Source: Eledone cirrhosa
Lineage: Eukaryota
Direction: 5' to 3'
NCBI GenBank assembly: GCA_964016885.1
Contig: OZ024745.1
Location: forward strand, 46,996,001-47,060,000
DNA: 64,000 nucleotides
Shown here: positions 39,001 to 51,000 of the stretch, piece by piece
How the letters are laid out: every line of letters begins with the position of its first letter
How positions within the stretch are numbered: the stretch's first letter is position 1
Program-made: the position numbers and the translations under genes
Notes under the pieces: generated by a model
Told to the model about the DNA's origin: nothing
The model's input: the letters and a program-made list of their open reading frames with translations, nothing else
Databases searched by the model: none

Positions 39001-42000
39001 CCCCGTTTTTTTATGGGGGGGTTCCGTTTTTTATTTGGGTGCCCCGTTTTTTATTTGGGTGCCCCGTTATTTTATGGGGGGGTCCGTTTTTTATTTGGGT
39101 GCCCCGTTTTTTTATGGGGGGGGTCCGTTTTTTATTTGGGTGCCCCGTTTTTTTATGGGGGGGTCCCGTTTTTTATTTGGGTGCCCCGTTTTTTTATGGG
39201 GGGGTCCGTTTTTTATTTGGGTGCCCCGTTTTTTTATGGGGGGTCCCGTTTTTTATTTGGGTGCCCCGTTTTTTTATGGGGGGGGTCCGTTTTTTATTTG
39301 GGTACCCCGTTTTTTATTTGGGTGCCCCGTTTTTTTATGGGGGGGTCCGTTTTTTATTTGGGTGCCCCGTTTTTTTATGGGGGGGGTCCGTTTTTTATTT
39401 GGGTACCCCGTTTTTTATTTGGGTGCTGCGTTTTTTTATGGGGGGGTTCCGTTTTTTTATGGGGGGGTCCCGTTTTTTATTTGGGTGCTCCGTTTTTTTA
39501 TGGGGGGGTCCGTTTTTTATTTGGGTACCCCGTTTTTTATTTGGGTGCCCCGTTTTTTTATGGGGGGGTCCCGTTTTTTATTTGGGTGCCCCGTTTTTTT
39601 ATGGGGGGGGTCCGTTTTTTATTTGGGTGCCCCGTTTTTTTATGGGGGGGTCCCGTTTTTTATTTGGGTGCCCCGTTTTTTTATGGGGGGGGGGGTCCGT
39701 TTTTTATTTGAGCACCCCGTTTTTTAGTTGGGTGCCCCGTTTTTTATTTGGGTGCCCCGTTTTTTTATGGGGGGGGTCCGTTTTTTATCTGGGTACCCCG
39801 TTTTTTATTTGGGTACCCCGTTTTTTATTTGGGTGCCCCGTTTTTTTATGGGGGGGTCCGTTTTTTATTTGGGTGCCCCGTTTTATATTTGGGTGCCCCG
39901 TTTTTTATTTGGGTGCCCCGTTTTTTTATGGGGGGGTCCGTTTTTTATCTGGGTAACCCGTTTTTTATTTGGGTGCCCCGTTTTTTTATGGGGGGGTTCC
40001 GTTTTTTATTTGGGTGCCCCGTTTTTTATTTGGGTGCCCCGTTTTTTTATGGGGGGGTCCCGTTTTTTATTTGGGTGCCCCGTTTTTTTATGGGGGGGGT
40101 CCGTTTTTTATTTGGGTACCCCGTTTTTTATTTGGGTGCCCCGTTTTTTTATGGGGGGGTCCGTTTTTTATTTGGGTGCCCCGTTTTTTTATGGGGGGGG
40201 TCCGTTTTTTATTTGGGTGCCCCGTTTTTTATTTGGGTGCCCCGTTTTTTTTATGGGGGGGTCCGTTTTTTATTTGGGTGCCCCGTTTTTTTATGGGGGG
40301 GTCCCGTTTTTTATTTGGGTGCCCCGTTTTTTTATGGGGGGGTTCCGTTTTTTATTTGGGTGCCCCGTTTTTTATTTGGGTGCCCCGTTATTTTATGGGG
40401 GGGTCCGTTTTTTATTTGGGTGCCCCGTTTTTTTATGGGGGGGTCCGTTTTTTATTTGGGTGCCCCGTTTTTTTATGGGGGGGTCCCGTTTTTTATTTGG
40501 GTGCCCCGTTTTTTTATGGGGGGGTCCGTTTTTTATTTGGGTGCCCCGTTTTTTATTTGGGTGCCCCGTTTTTTTATGGGGGGATCCGTTTTTTATTTGG
40601 GTACCCCGTTTTATATTTGGGTGCCCCGTTTTTTATTTGGGTGCCCCGTTTTTTTATGGGGGGGTCCGTTTTTTATCTGGGTAACCCGTTTTTTATTTGG
40701 GTGCCCCGTTTTTTTATGGGGGGGTTCCGTTTTTTATTTGGGTGCCCCGTTTTTTATTTGGGTGCCCCGTTTTTTTATGGGGGGGTCCCGTTTTTTATTT
40801 GGGTGCCCCGTTTTTTTATGGGGGGGGTCCGTTTTTTATTTGGGTACCCCGTTTTTTATTTGGGTGCCCCGTTTTTTTATGGGGGGGTCCGTTTTTTATT
40901 TGGGTGCCCCGTTTTTTTATGGGGGGGGGTCCGTTTTTTATTTGGGTGCCCCGTTTTTTTATGGGGGGGTCCCGTTTTTTATTTGGGTGTCCCGTTTTTT
41001 TATGGGGGGGTCCGTTTTTTATTTGGGTGTCCCGTTTTTTTATGGGGGGGTCCGTTTTTTATTTGGGTGCCCCGTTTTTTTATGGGGGGGGTCCGTTTTT
41101 TATTTGGGTACCCCGTTTTTTATTTGGGTGCTGCGTTTTTTTATGGGGGGGTTCCGTTTTTTTATGGGGGGGTCCCGTTTTTTATTTGGGTGCTCCGTTT
41201 TTTTATGGGGGGGTCCGTTTTTTATTTGGGTACCCCGTTTTTTATTTGGGTGCCCCGTTTTTTTATGGGGGGGTCCCGTTTTTTATTTGGGTGCCCCGTT
41301 TTTTTATGGGGGGGGTCCGTTTTTTATTTGGGTGCCCCGTTTTTTTATGGGGGGGTCCCGTTTTTTATTTGGGTGTCCCGTTTTTTTATGGGGGGGGGTC
41401 CGTTTTTTATTTGAGCACCCCGTTTTTTAGTTGGGTGCCCCGTTTTTTATTTGGGTGCCCCGTTTTTTTATGGGTGGGGCCGTTTTTTATTTGGGTGCCC
41501 CGTTTTTTTTATGGGGGGGTCCGTTTTTTATTTGGGTACCCCGTTTTTTATTTGGGTGCCCCGTTTTATATTTGGGTGCCCCGTTTTTTATTTGGGTGCC
41601 CCGTTTTTTTATGGGGGGGGTCCGTTTTTTATCTGGGTACCCCGTTTTTTATTTGGGTACCCCGTTTTTTATTTGGGTGCCTCGTTTTTTTATGGGGGGG
41701 GTCCGTTTTTTATTTGGGTGCCCCGTTTTTTATTTGGGTGCCCCGTTTTTTATTTGGGTGCCCCGTTTTTTTATGGGGGGGGCCGTTTTTTATTTGGGTA
41801 CCCCGTTTTTTATTTGGGTGCCCCGTTTTTTTATGGGGGGGTCCGTTTTTTATTTGGGTGCCCCGTTTTTTTATGAGGGGGTCCGTTTTTTATCTGGGTA
41901 CCCCGTTTTTTATTTGGGTACCCCGTTTTTTATTTGGGTGCCCCGTTGTTTTATGGGGGGGGTCCGTTTTTTATTTGGGTGCCCCGTTTTTTATTTCGGT

Positions 42001-45000
42001 GCCCCGTTTTTTTATGGGGGGGGCGTTTTTTATTTCGGTGCCCCGTTTTTTTATGGGGGGGGTCCGTTTTTTATTTGGGTACCCCGTTTTTTATTTGGGT
42101 GCCCCGTTTTTTTATGGGGGGGGTCCGTTTTTTATTTGGGTGCCCCGTTTTTTATTTGGGTGCCCCGTTTTTTTATGGGGGGGATCCGTTTTTTATTTGG
42201 GTGCCCCGTTTTATATTTGGGTGCCCCGTTTTTTATTTGGGTGCCCCGTTTTTTTATGGGGGGGTCCGTTTTTTATCTGGGTACCCCGTTTTTTATTTGG
42301 GTACCCCGTTTTTTATTTGGGTGCCCCGTTTTTTTATGGGGGGGGTCCGTTTTTTATTTGGGTGCCCCGTTTTTTTTATGGGGGGGTCCGTTTTTTATTT
42401 GGGGACCCCGTTTTTTATTTGGGTGCCCCGTTTTTTTATGGGGGGGGTCCGTTTTTTATTTGGGTGCCCCGTTTTTTTATGGGGGGGGTCCGTTATTTAT
42501 TTGGGTGCCCCGTTTTTTTATAGGGTGGTCCCGTTTTTTATTTGGGTGCCCCGTTTTTTTATGGGGGGGTCCGTTTTTTATTTGGGTACCCCGTTTTTTA
42601 TTTGGGTGCCCCGTTTTTTTATGGGGGGGGTCCGTTTTTTATTTGGGTGCCCCGTTTTTTTATGGGGGGGTCCGTTTTTTATTTGGGTGCCCCGTTTTTT
42701 TATGGGGGGTCCCGTTTTTTATTTGGGTGCCCCGTTTTTTTATGGGGGGGGTCCGTTTTTTATTTGGGTACCCCGTTTTTTATTTGGGTGCCTCGTTTTT
42801 TTATGGGGGGAACCGTTTTTTATTTGGGTGCCCCGTTTTTTATTTGGGTGTCCCGTTTTTTTATGGGGGGGTCCGTTTTTTATTTGGGTGCCCCGTTTTT
42901 TTATGGGGGGGGTCCGTTTTTTATTTGGGTACCCCGTTTTTTATTTGGGTGCTGCGTTTTTTTATGGGGGGGTTCCGTTTTTTTATGGGGGGGTCCCGTT
43001 TTTTATTTGGGTGCTCCGTTTTTTTATGGGGGGGTCCGTTTTTTATTTGGGTACCCCGTTTTTTATTTGGGTGCCCCGTTTTTTTATGGGGGGGTCCGTT
43101 TTTTATTTGGGTGCCCCGTTTTTTTATGGGGGGGTCCGTTTTTTATTTGGGTGCCCCGTTTTTTTATGGGGGGGTCCCGTTTTTTATTTGGGTGCCCCGT
43201 TTTTTTATGGGGGGGGTCCGTTTTTTATTTGGGTACCCCGTTTTTTATTTGGGTGCCCCGTTTTTTTATGGGGCGGTCCGTTTTTTATTTGGGTGGCCCG
43301 TTTTTTTATGGGGGGGTCCGTTTTTTATTTGGGTACCCCGTTTTTTATTTGGGTGCCCCGTTTTTTTATGGGGGGGGGTCCGTTTTTTATCTGGGTACCC
43401 CGTTTTTTATTTGGGTACCCCGTTTTTTATTTGGGTGCCCCGTTTTTTTATGGGGGGGGTCCGTTTTTTATTTGGGTACCCCGTTTTTTATTTGGGTGCC
43501 CCGTTTTTTTATGGGGGGGATCCGTTTTTTATTTGGGTGCCCCGTTTTATATTTGGGTGCCCCGTTTTTTATTTGGGTGTCCCGTTTTTTTATGGGGGGG
43601 TCCCGTTTTTTATTTGGGTGCCCCGTTTTTTTAGGGGGGGGGGTCCGTTTTTTATTTGGGTACCCCGTTTTTTATTTGGGTGCCCCGTTTTTTTATGGGG
43701 GGGACCGTTTTTTATTTGGGTGCCCCGTTTTTTTATGGGGGGGGTCCGTTTTTTATTTGGGTGCACCGTTTTTTATTTGGGTACCCCGTTTTTTATTTGG
43801 GTGCCCCGTTTTTTATTTGGGTGCCCCGTTTTTTTATGGGGGGGGTCCGTTTTTTATTTGGGTGCCCCGTTTTTTATTTGGGTGCTCCGTTTTTTTATGG
43901 GGGGGTTCCGTTTTTTATTTGGGTGCCCCGTTTTTTATTTGGGTGCCCCGTTTTTTTATGGGGGGGTCCCGTTTTTTATTTGGGTGCCCCGTTTTTTTAT
44001 GGGGGGGTCCGTTTTTTATTTGGGTACCCCGTTTTTTATTTGGGTGCCCCGTTTTTTTATGGGGGGGTCCGTTTTTTATTTGGGTACCCCGTTTTTTATT
44101 TGGGTGCCCCGTTTTTTTATGGGGGGGGTCCGTTTTTTATTTGGGTGCCCCGTTTTTTATTTGGGTGCCCCGTTTTTTTATGGGGGGGGCCGTTTTTTAT
44201 TTGGGTGCCCCGTTTTTTTATGGGGGGGTCCGTTTTTTATTTGGGTACCCCGTTTTTTATTTGGGTGCCCCGTTTTCTATTTGGGTGCCCCATTTTTTTA
44301 TGGGGGGGGTCCGTTTTTTATTTGGGTGCCCCGTTTTTTTTATGGGGGGACCGTTTTTTATCTGGGTACCCCGTTTTTTATTTGGGTACCCCGTTTTTTA
44401 TTTGGGGGGGTCCCGTTTTTTATTTGGGTGCCCCGTTTTTTTATGGGGGGGGTCCGTTTTTTATTTGGGTACCCCGTTTTTTATTTGGGTGCCCCGTTTT
44501 TTTATGGGGGGGTCCGTTGTTTATTTGGGTGCCCCGTTTTTTTATGGGGGGGTCCGTTTTTTATTTGGGTGCCCCGTTTTTTATTTGGGTGCCCCGTTTT
44601 TTTATGGGGCGGGTCCGTTTTTTATTTGGGTGCCCCGTTTTTTTATGGGGGGGTCCGTTTTTTATTTGGGTACCCCGTTTTTTATTTGGGTGCTCCGTTT
44701 TTTTATGGGGGGGTCCGTTTTTTATTTGGGTGCCCCGTTTTTTTATGGGTGGGGTCCGTTTTTTATTTGGGTGCCCCGTTTTTTATTTGGGTGCCCCGTT
44801 ATTTTATGGGGGGGTCCGTTTTTTATTTGGGTGCCCCGTTTTTTTATGGGGGGGGGTCCGTTTTTTATTTGGGTGCCCCGTTTTTTTATGGGGGGGTCCC
44901 GTTTTTTATTTGGGTGCCCCGTTTTTTTATGGGGGGGTCCGTTTTTTATTTGGGTGCCCCGTTTTATATTTGGGTGCCCCGTTTTTTATTTGGGTGCCCC

Positions 45001-48000
45001 GTTTTTTTATGGGGGGTCCGTTTTTTATCTGGGTAACCCGTTTTTTATTTGGGTGCCCCGTTTTTTTATGGGGGGGTTCCGTTTTTTATTTGGGTGCCCC
45101 GTTTTTTATTTGGGTGCCCCGTTTTTTTATGGGGGGGTCCCGTTTTTTATTTGGGTGCCCCGTTTTTTTATGGGGGGGGTCCGTTTTTTATTTGGGTACC
45201 CCGTTTTTTATTTGGGTGCCCCGTTTTTTTATGGGGGGGTCCGTTTTTTATTTGGGTGCCCCGTTTTTTTATGGGGGGGGTCCGTTTTTTATTTGGGTGC
45301 CCCGTTTTTTATTTGGGTGCCCCGTTTTTTTATGGGGGGGTCCGTTTTTTATTTGGGTGCCCCGTTTTTTTTATGGGGGGGTCCCGTTTTTTATTTGGGT
45401 GCCCCGTTTTTTTATGGGGGGGTTCCGTTTTTTATTTGGGTGCCCCGTTTTTTATTTGGGTGCCCCGTTATTTTATGGGGGGGTCCGTTTTTTATTTGGG
45501 TGCCCCGTTTTTTTATGGGGGGGGTCCGTTTTTTATTTGGGTGCCCCGTTTTTTTATGGGGGGGTCCCGTTTTTTATTTGGGTGCCCCGTTTTTTTATGG
45601 GGGGGTCCGTTTTTTATTTGGGTGCCCCGTTTTTTATTTGGGTGCCCCGTTTTTTTATGGGGGGATCCGTTTTTTATTTGGGTACCCCGTTTTATATTTG
45701 GGTGCCCCGTTTTTTATTTGGGTGCCCCGTTTTTTTATGGGGGGGTCCGTTTTTTATCTGGGTAACCCGTTTTTTATTTGGGTGCCCCGTTTTTTTATGG
45801 GGGGGTTCCGTTTTTTATTTGGGTGCCCCGTTTTTTATTTGGGTGCCCCGTTTTTTTATGGGGGGGTCCCGTTTTTTATTTGGGTGCCCCGTTTTTTTAT
45901 GGGGGGGTCCGTTTTTTATTTGGGTACCCCGTTTTTTATTTGGGTGCCCCGTTTTTTTATGGGGGGGTCCGTTTTTTATTTGGGTGCCCCGTTTTTTTAT
46001 GGGGGGGTTCCGTTTTTTATTTGGGTGCCCCGTTTTTTATTTGGGTGCCCCGTTTTTTTATGGGGGGGTCCCGTTTTTTATTTGGGTGCCCCGTTTTATA
46101 TTTGGGTGCCCCGTTTTTTATTTGGGTGCCCCGTTTTTTTATGGGGGGGTCCCGTTTTTTATTTGGGTGCCCCGTTTTTTTATGGGGGGGTTCCGTTTTT
46201 TATTTGGGTGCCCCGTTTTTTATTTGGGTGCCCCGTTTTTTTATGGGGGGGTCCCGTTTTTTATTTGGGTGCCCCGTTTTATATTTGGGTGCCCCGTTTT
46301 TTATTTGGGTGCCCCGTTTTTTTATGGGGGGGGTCCGTTTTTTATCTGGGTACCCCGTTTTTTATTTGGGTACCCCGTTTTTTATTTGGGTGCCCCGTTT
46401 TTTTATGGGGGGGGTACGTTTTTTATTTGGGTGCCCCGTTTTTTTTATGGGGGGGTCCGTTTTTTATTTGGGTGCCCCGTTTTTTATTTGGGTACCCCGT
46501 TTTTTATTTGGGTGCCCCGTTTTTTATTTGGGTGCCCCGTTTTTTTATGGGGGGGTCCGTTTTTTATTTGGGTGCCCCGTTTTTTATTTGGGTACCCCGT
46601 TTTTTATTTGGGTGCCCCGTTCTTTTATGGGGGGGTCCGTTTTTTATTTGGGTGCCCCGTTTTTTATTTGGGTGCCCCGTTTTTTTATGGGGGGGATCCG
46701 TTTTTTATTTGGGTGCCCCGTTTTATATTTGGGTGCCCCGTTTTTTTATGGGGGGGTCGGTTTTTTATTTGGGTACCCCGTTTTTTATTTGGGTGCCCCG
46801 TTTTTTATTTGGGTGCCCCGTTTTTTTATGGGGGGATCCGTTTTTTATTTGGGTGCCCCGTTTTATATTTGGGTGCCCCGTTTTTTATTTGGGTGCCCCG
46901 TTTCTTTATGGGGGGGTCCGTTTTTTATCTGGGTACCCCGTTTTTTATTTGGGTACCCGTTTTTTATTTGGGTGCCCCGTTTTTTTATGGGGGGATCCGT
47001 TTTTTATTTGGGTGCCCCGTTTTCTATTTGGGTGACCCGTTTTTTTATGGGGCGGGTCCGTTTTTTATTTGGGTGCCCCGTTTTTTTATGGGGGGGGTCC
47101 GTTTTTTATCTGGGTACCCCGTTTTTTATTTGGGTACCCCGTTTTTTATTTGGGTGCCTCGTTTTTTTATGGGGGGGTCCGTTTTTTATTTGGGTGCCCC
47201 GTTTTTTATTTGGGTGCCCGTTTTTTATTTGGGTGCCCCGTTTTTTTATGGGGGGGGGCCGTTTTTTATTTGGGTACCCCGTTTTTTATTTGGGTGCCCC
47301 GTTTTTTTTATGGGGGGGTCCGTTTTTTATTTGGGTGCCCCGTTTTTTTATGGGGGGGTACGTTTTTTATCTGGGTACCCCGTTTTTTATTTGGGTACCC
47401 CGTTTTTTATTTGGGTGCCCCGTTTTTTTATGGGGAGGGTCCGTTTTTTATTTGGGTGCCCCGTTTTTTATTTGGGTGCCCCGTTTTTTTATGGGGGGGG
47501 GCGTTTTTTATTTGGGTGCCCCGTTTTTTTATGGGGGGGTCCGTTTTTTATTTGGGTACCCCGTTTTTTATTTGGGTGCCCCGTTTTTTTATGGGGGGGT
47601 CCGTTTTTTATTTGGGTGCCCGTTTTTTATTTGGGTGCCCCGTTTTTTTATGGGGGGGATCCGTTTTTTATTTGGGTGCCCCGTTTTATATTTGGGTGCC
47701 CCGTTTTTTATTTGGGTGCCCCGTTTTTTTATGGGGGGGTCCGTTTTTTATCTGGGTACCCCGTTTTTTATTTGGGTACCCCGTTTTTTATTTGGGTGCC
47801 CCGTTTTTTTATGGGGGGGGGTCCGTTTTTTATTTGGGTGCCCCGTTTTTTTTATGGGGGGGTCCGTTTTTTATTTGGGGACCCCGTTTTTTATTTGGGT
47901 GCCCCGTTTTTTTATGGGGGGGGTCCGTTTTTTATTTGGGTGCCCCGTTTTTTTATGGGGGGGGTCCGTTTTTTATTTGGGTGCCCCGTTTTTTTATGGG

Positions 48001-51000
48001 GGGGTCCCGTTTTTTATTTGGGTGCCGCGTTTTTTATGGGGGGGGGGGTCCGTTTTTTATTTGGGTACCCCGTTTTTTATTTGGGTGCCCCGTTTTTTTA
48101 TTTGGGTACCCCGTTTTTTATCTGGGTGCCCCGTTTTTTATTTGGGTGCCCCGTTTTTTTATGGGGGGGGTCCGTTTTTTATTTGGGTGCCCCGTTTTTT
48201 TATGGGGGGGGTCCGTTTTTTATTTGGGTACCCCGTTTTTTATTTGGGTGCCCCGTTTTTTTATGGGGGGGGGTCCGTTTTTTATTTGGGTGCCCCGTTT
48301 TTTTATGGGGGGGGTCCGTTTTTTATTTGGGTGCCCCGTTTTTTATTTGGGTACCCCGTTTTTTATTTGGGTGCCCCGTTTTTTTATGGGGGGGGTCCGT
48401 TTTTTATTTGGGTGCCCCGTTTTTTTATAGGGGGGTCCCGTTTTTTATTTGGGTGCCCCGTTTTTTTATGGGGGGGGTCCGTTTTTTATTTGAGCACCCC
48501 GTTTTTTAGTTGGGTGCCCCGTTTTTTATTTGGGTGCCCCGTTTTTTTATGGGTGGGGCCGTTTTTTATTTGGGTGCCCCGTTTTTTTATGGGGGGGTCC
48601 GTTTTTTATTTGGGTACCCCGTTTTTTATTTGGGTGCCCCGTTATATATTTGGGTGCCCCGTTTTTTATTTGGGTGCCCCGTTTTTTATTTGGGTGCCCC
48701 GTTTTTTTATGGGGGGGTCCGTTTTTTATTTGGGTGCCCCGTTTTTTATTTGGGTGCCCCGTTTTTTTATGGGGGGGATCCGTTTTTTATTTGGGTGCCC
48801 CGTTTTATATTTGGGTGCCCCGTTTTTTATTTGGGTGCCCCGTTTTTTTATGGGGGGGTCCGTTTTTTATCTGGGTACCCCGTTTTTTATTTGGGTACCC
48901 CGTTTTTTATTTGGGTGCCCCGTTTTTTTATGGGGGGGGGTCCGTTTTTTATTTGGGTGCCCCGTTTTTTTTATGGGGGGGTCCGTTTTTTATTTGGGGA
49001 CCCCGTTTTTTATTTGGGTGCCCCGTTTTTTTATGGGGGGGTCCGTTTTTTATTTGGGTGCCCCGTTTTTTTATGGGGGGGGTCCGTTTTTTATTTGGGT
49101 GCTCCGTTTTTTTATAGGGGGGTCCCGTTTTTTATTTGGGTGCCCCGTTTTTTTATGGGGGGGTCCGTTTTTTATTTGGGTGCCCCGTTTTTTTATGGGG
49201 GGGTCCCGTTTTTTATTTGGGTGCCCCGTTTTTTTATGGGGGGGTCCGTTTTTTATTTGGGTGCCCCGTTTTTTTATGGGGGGTCCCGTTTTTTATTTGG
49301 GTGCCCCGTTTTTTTATGGGGGGGGTCCGTTTTTTATTTGGGTACCCCGTTTTTTATTTGGGTGCCTCGTTTTTTTATGGGGGGAACCGTTTTTTATTTG
49401 GGTGCCCCGTTTTTTATTTGGGTGTCCCGTTTTTTTATGGGGGGGTCCGTTTTTTATTTGGGTGCCCCGTTTTTTTATGGGGGGGGTCCGTTTTTTATTT
49501 GGGTACCCCGTTTTTTATTTGGGTGCTGCGTTTTTTTATGGGGGGGTTCCGTTTTTTTATGGGGGGGTCCCGTTTTTTATTTGGGTGCTCCGTTTTTTTA
49601 TGGGGGGGTCCGTTTTTTATTTGGGTACCCCGTTTTTTATTTGGGTGCCCCGTTTTTTTATGGGGGGGTCCCGTTTTTTATTTGGGTGCCCCGTTTTTTT
49701 ATGGGGGGGTCCGTTTTTTATTTGGGTGCCCCGTTTTTTTATGGGGGGGTCCCGTTTTTTATTTGGGTGCCCCGTTTTTTTATGGGGGGGGGGGTCCGTT
49801 TTTTATTTGAGCACCCCGTTTTTTAGTTGGGTGCCCCGTTTTTTATTTGGGTGCCCCGTTTTTTTATGGGTGGGGCCGTTTTTTATTTGGGTGCCCCGTT
49901 TTTTTATGGGGGGGTCCGTTTTTTATTTGGGTACCCCGTTTTTTATTTGGGTGCCCCGTTTTATATTTGGGTGCCCCGTTTTTTATTTGGGTGCCCCGTT
50001 TTTTTATGGGGGGGGTCCGTTTTTTATCTGGGTACCCCGTTTTTTATTTGGGTACCCCGTTTTTTATTTGGGTGCCTCGTTTTTTTATGGGGGGGGTCCG
50101 TTTTTTATTTGGGTGCCCCGTTTTTTATTTGGGTGCCCCGTTTTTTATTTGGGTGCCCCGTTTTTTTATGGGGGGGGCCGTTTTTTATTTGGGTACCCCG
50201 TTTTTTATTTGGGTGCCCCGTTTTTTTATGGGGGGGTCCGTTTTTTATTTGGGTGCCCCGTTTTTTTATGAGGGGGTCCGTTTTTTATCTGGGTACCCCG
50301 TTTTTTATTTGGGTACCCCGTTTTTTATTTGGGTGCCCCGTTGTTTTATGGGGGGGGTCCGTTTTTTATTTGGGTGCCCCGTTTTTTATTTCGGTGCCCC
50401 GTTTTTTTATGGGGGGGGGCGTTTTTTATTTCGGTGCCCCGTTTTTTTATGGGGGGGGTCCGTTTTTTATTTGGGTACCCCGTTTTTTATTTGGGTGCCC
50501 CGTTTTTTTATGGGGGGGGTCCGTTTTTTATTTGGGTGCCCCGTTTTTTATTTGGGTGCCCCGTTTTTTTATGGGGGGGATCCGTTTTTTATTTGGGTGC
50601 CCCGTTTTATATTTGGGTGCCCCGTTTTTTATTTGGGTGCCCCGTTTTTTTATGGGGGGTCCGTTTTTTATCTGGGTACCCCGTTTTTTATTTGGGTACC
50701 CCGTTTTTTATTTGGGTGCCCCGTTTTTTTATGGGGGGGGGTCCGTTTTTTATTTGGGTGCCCCGTTTTTTTTATGGGGGGGTCCGTTTTTTATTTGGGG
50801 ACCCCGTTTTTTATTTGGGTGCCCCGTTTTTTTATGGGGGGGGTCCGTTTTTTATTTGGGTGCCCCGTTTTTTTATGGGGGGGGTCCGTTATTTATTTGG
50901 GTGCCCCGTTTTTTTATAGGGGGGTCCCGTTTTTTATTTGGGTGCCCCGTTTTTTTATGGGGGGGTCCGTTTTTTATTTGGGTACCCCGTTTTTTATTTG

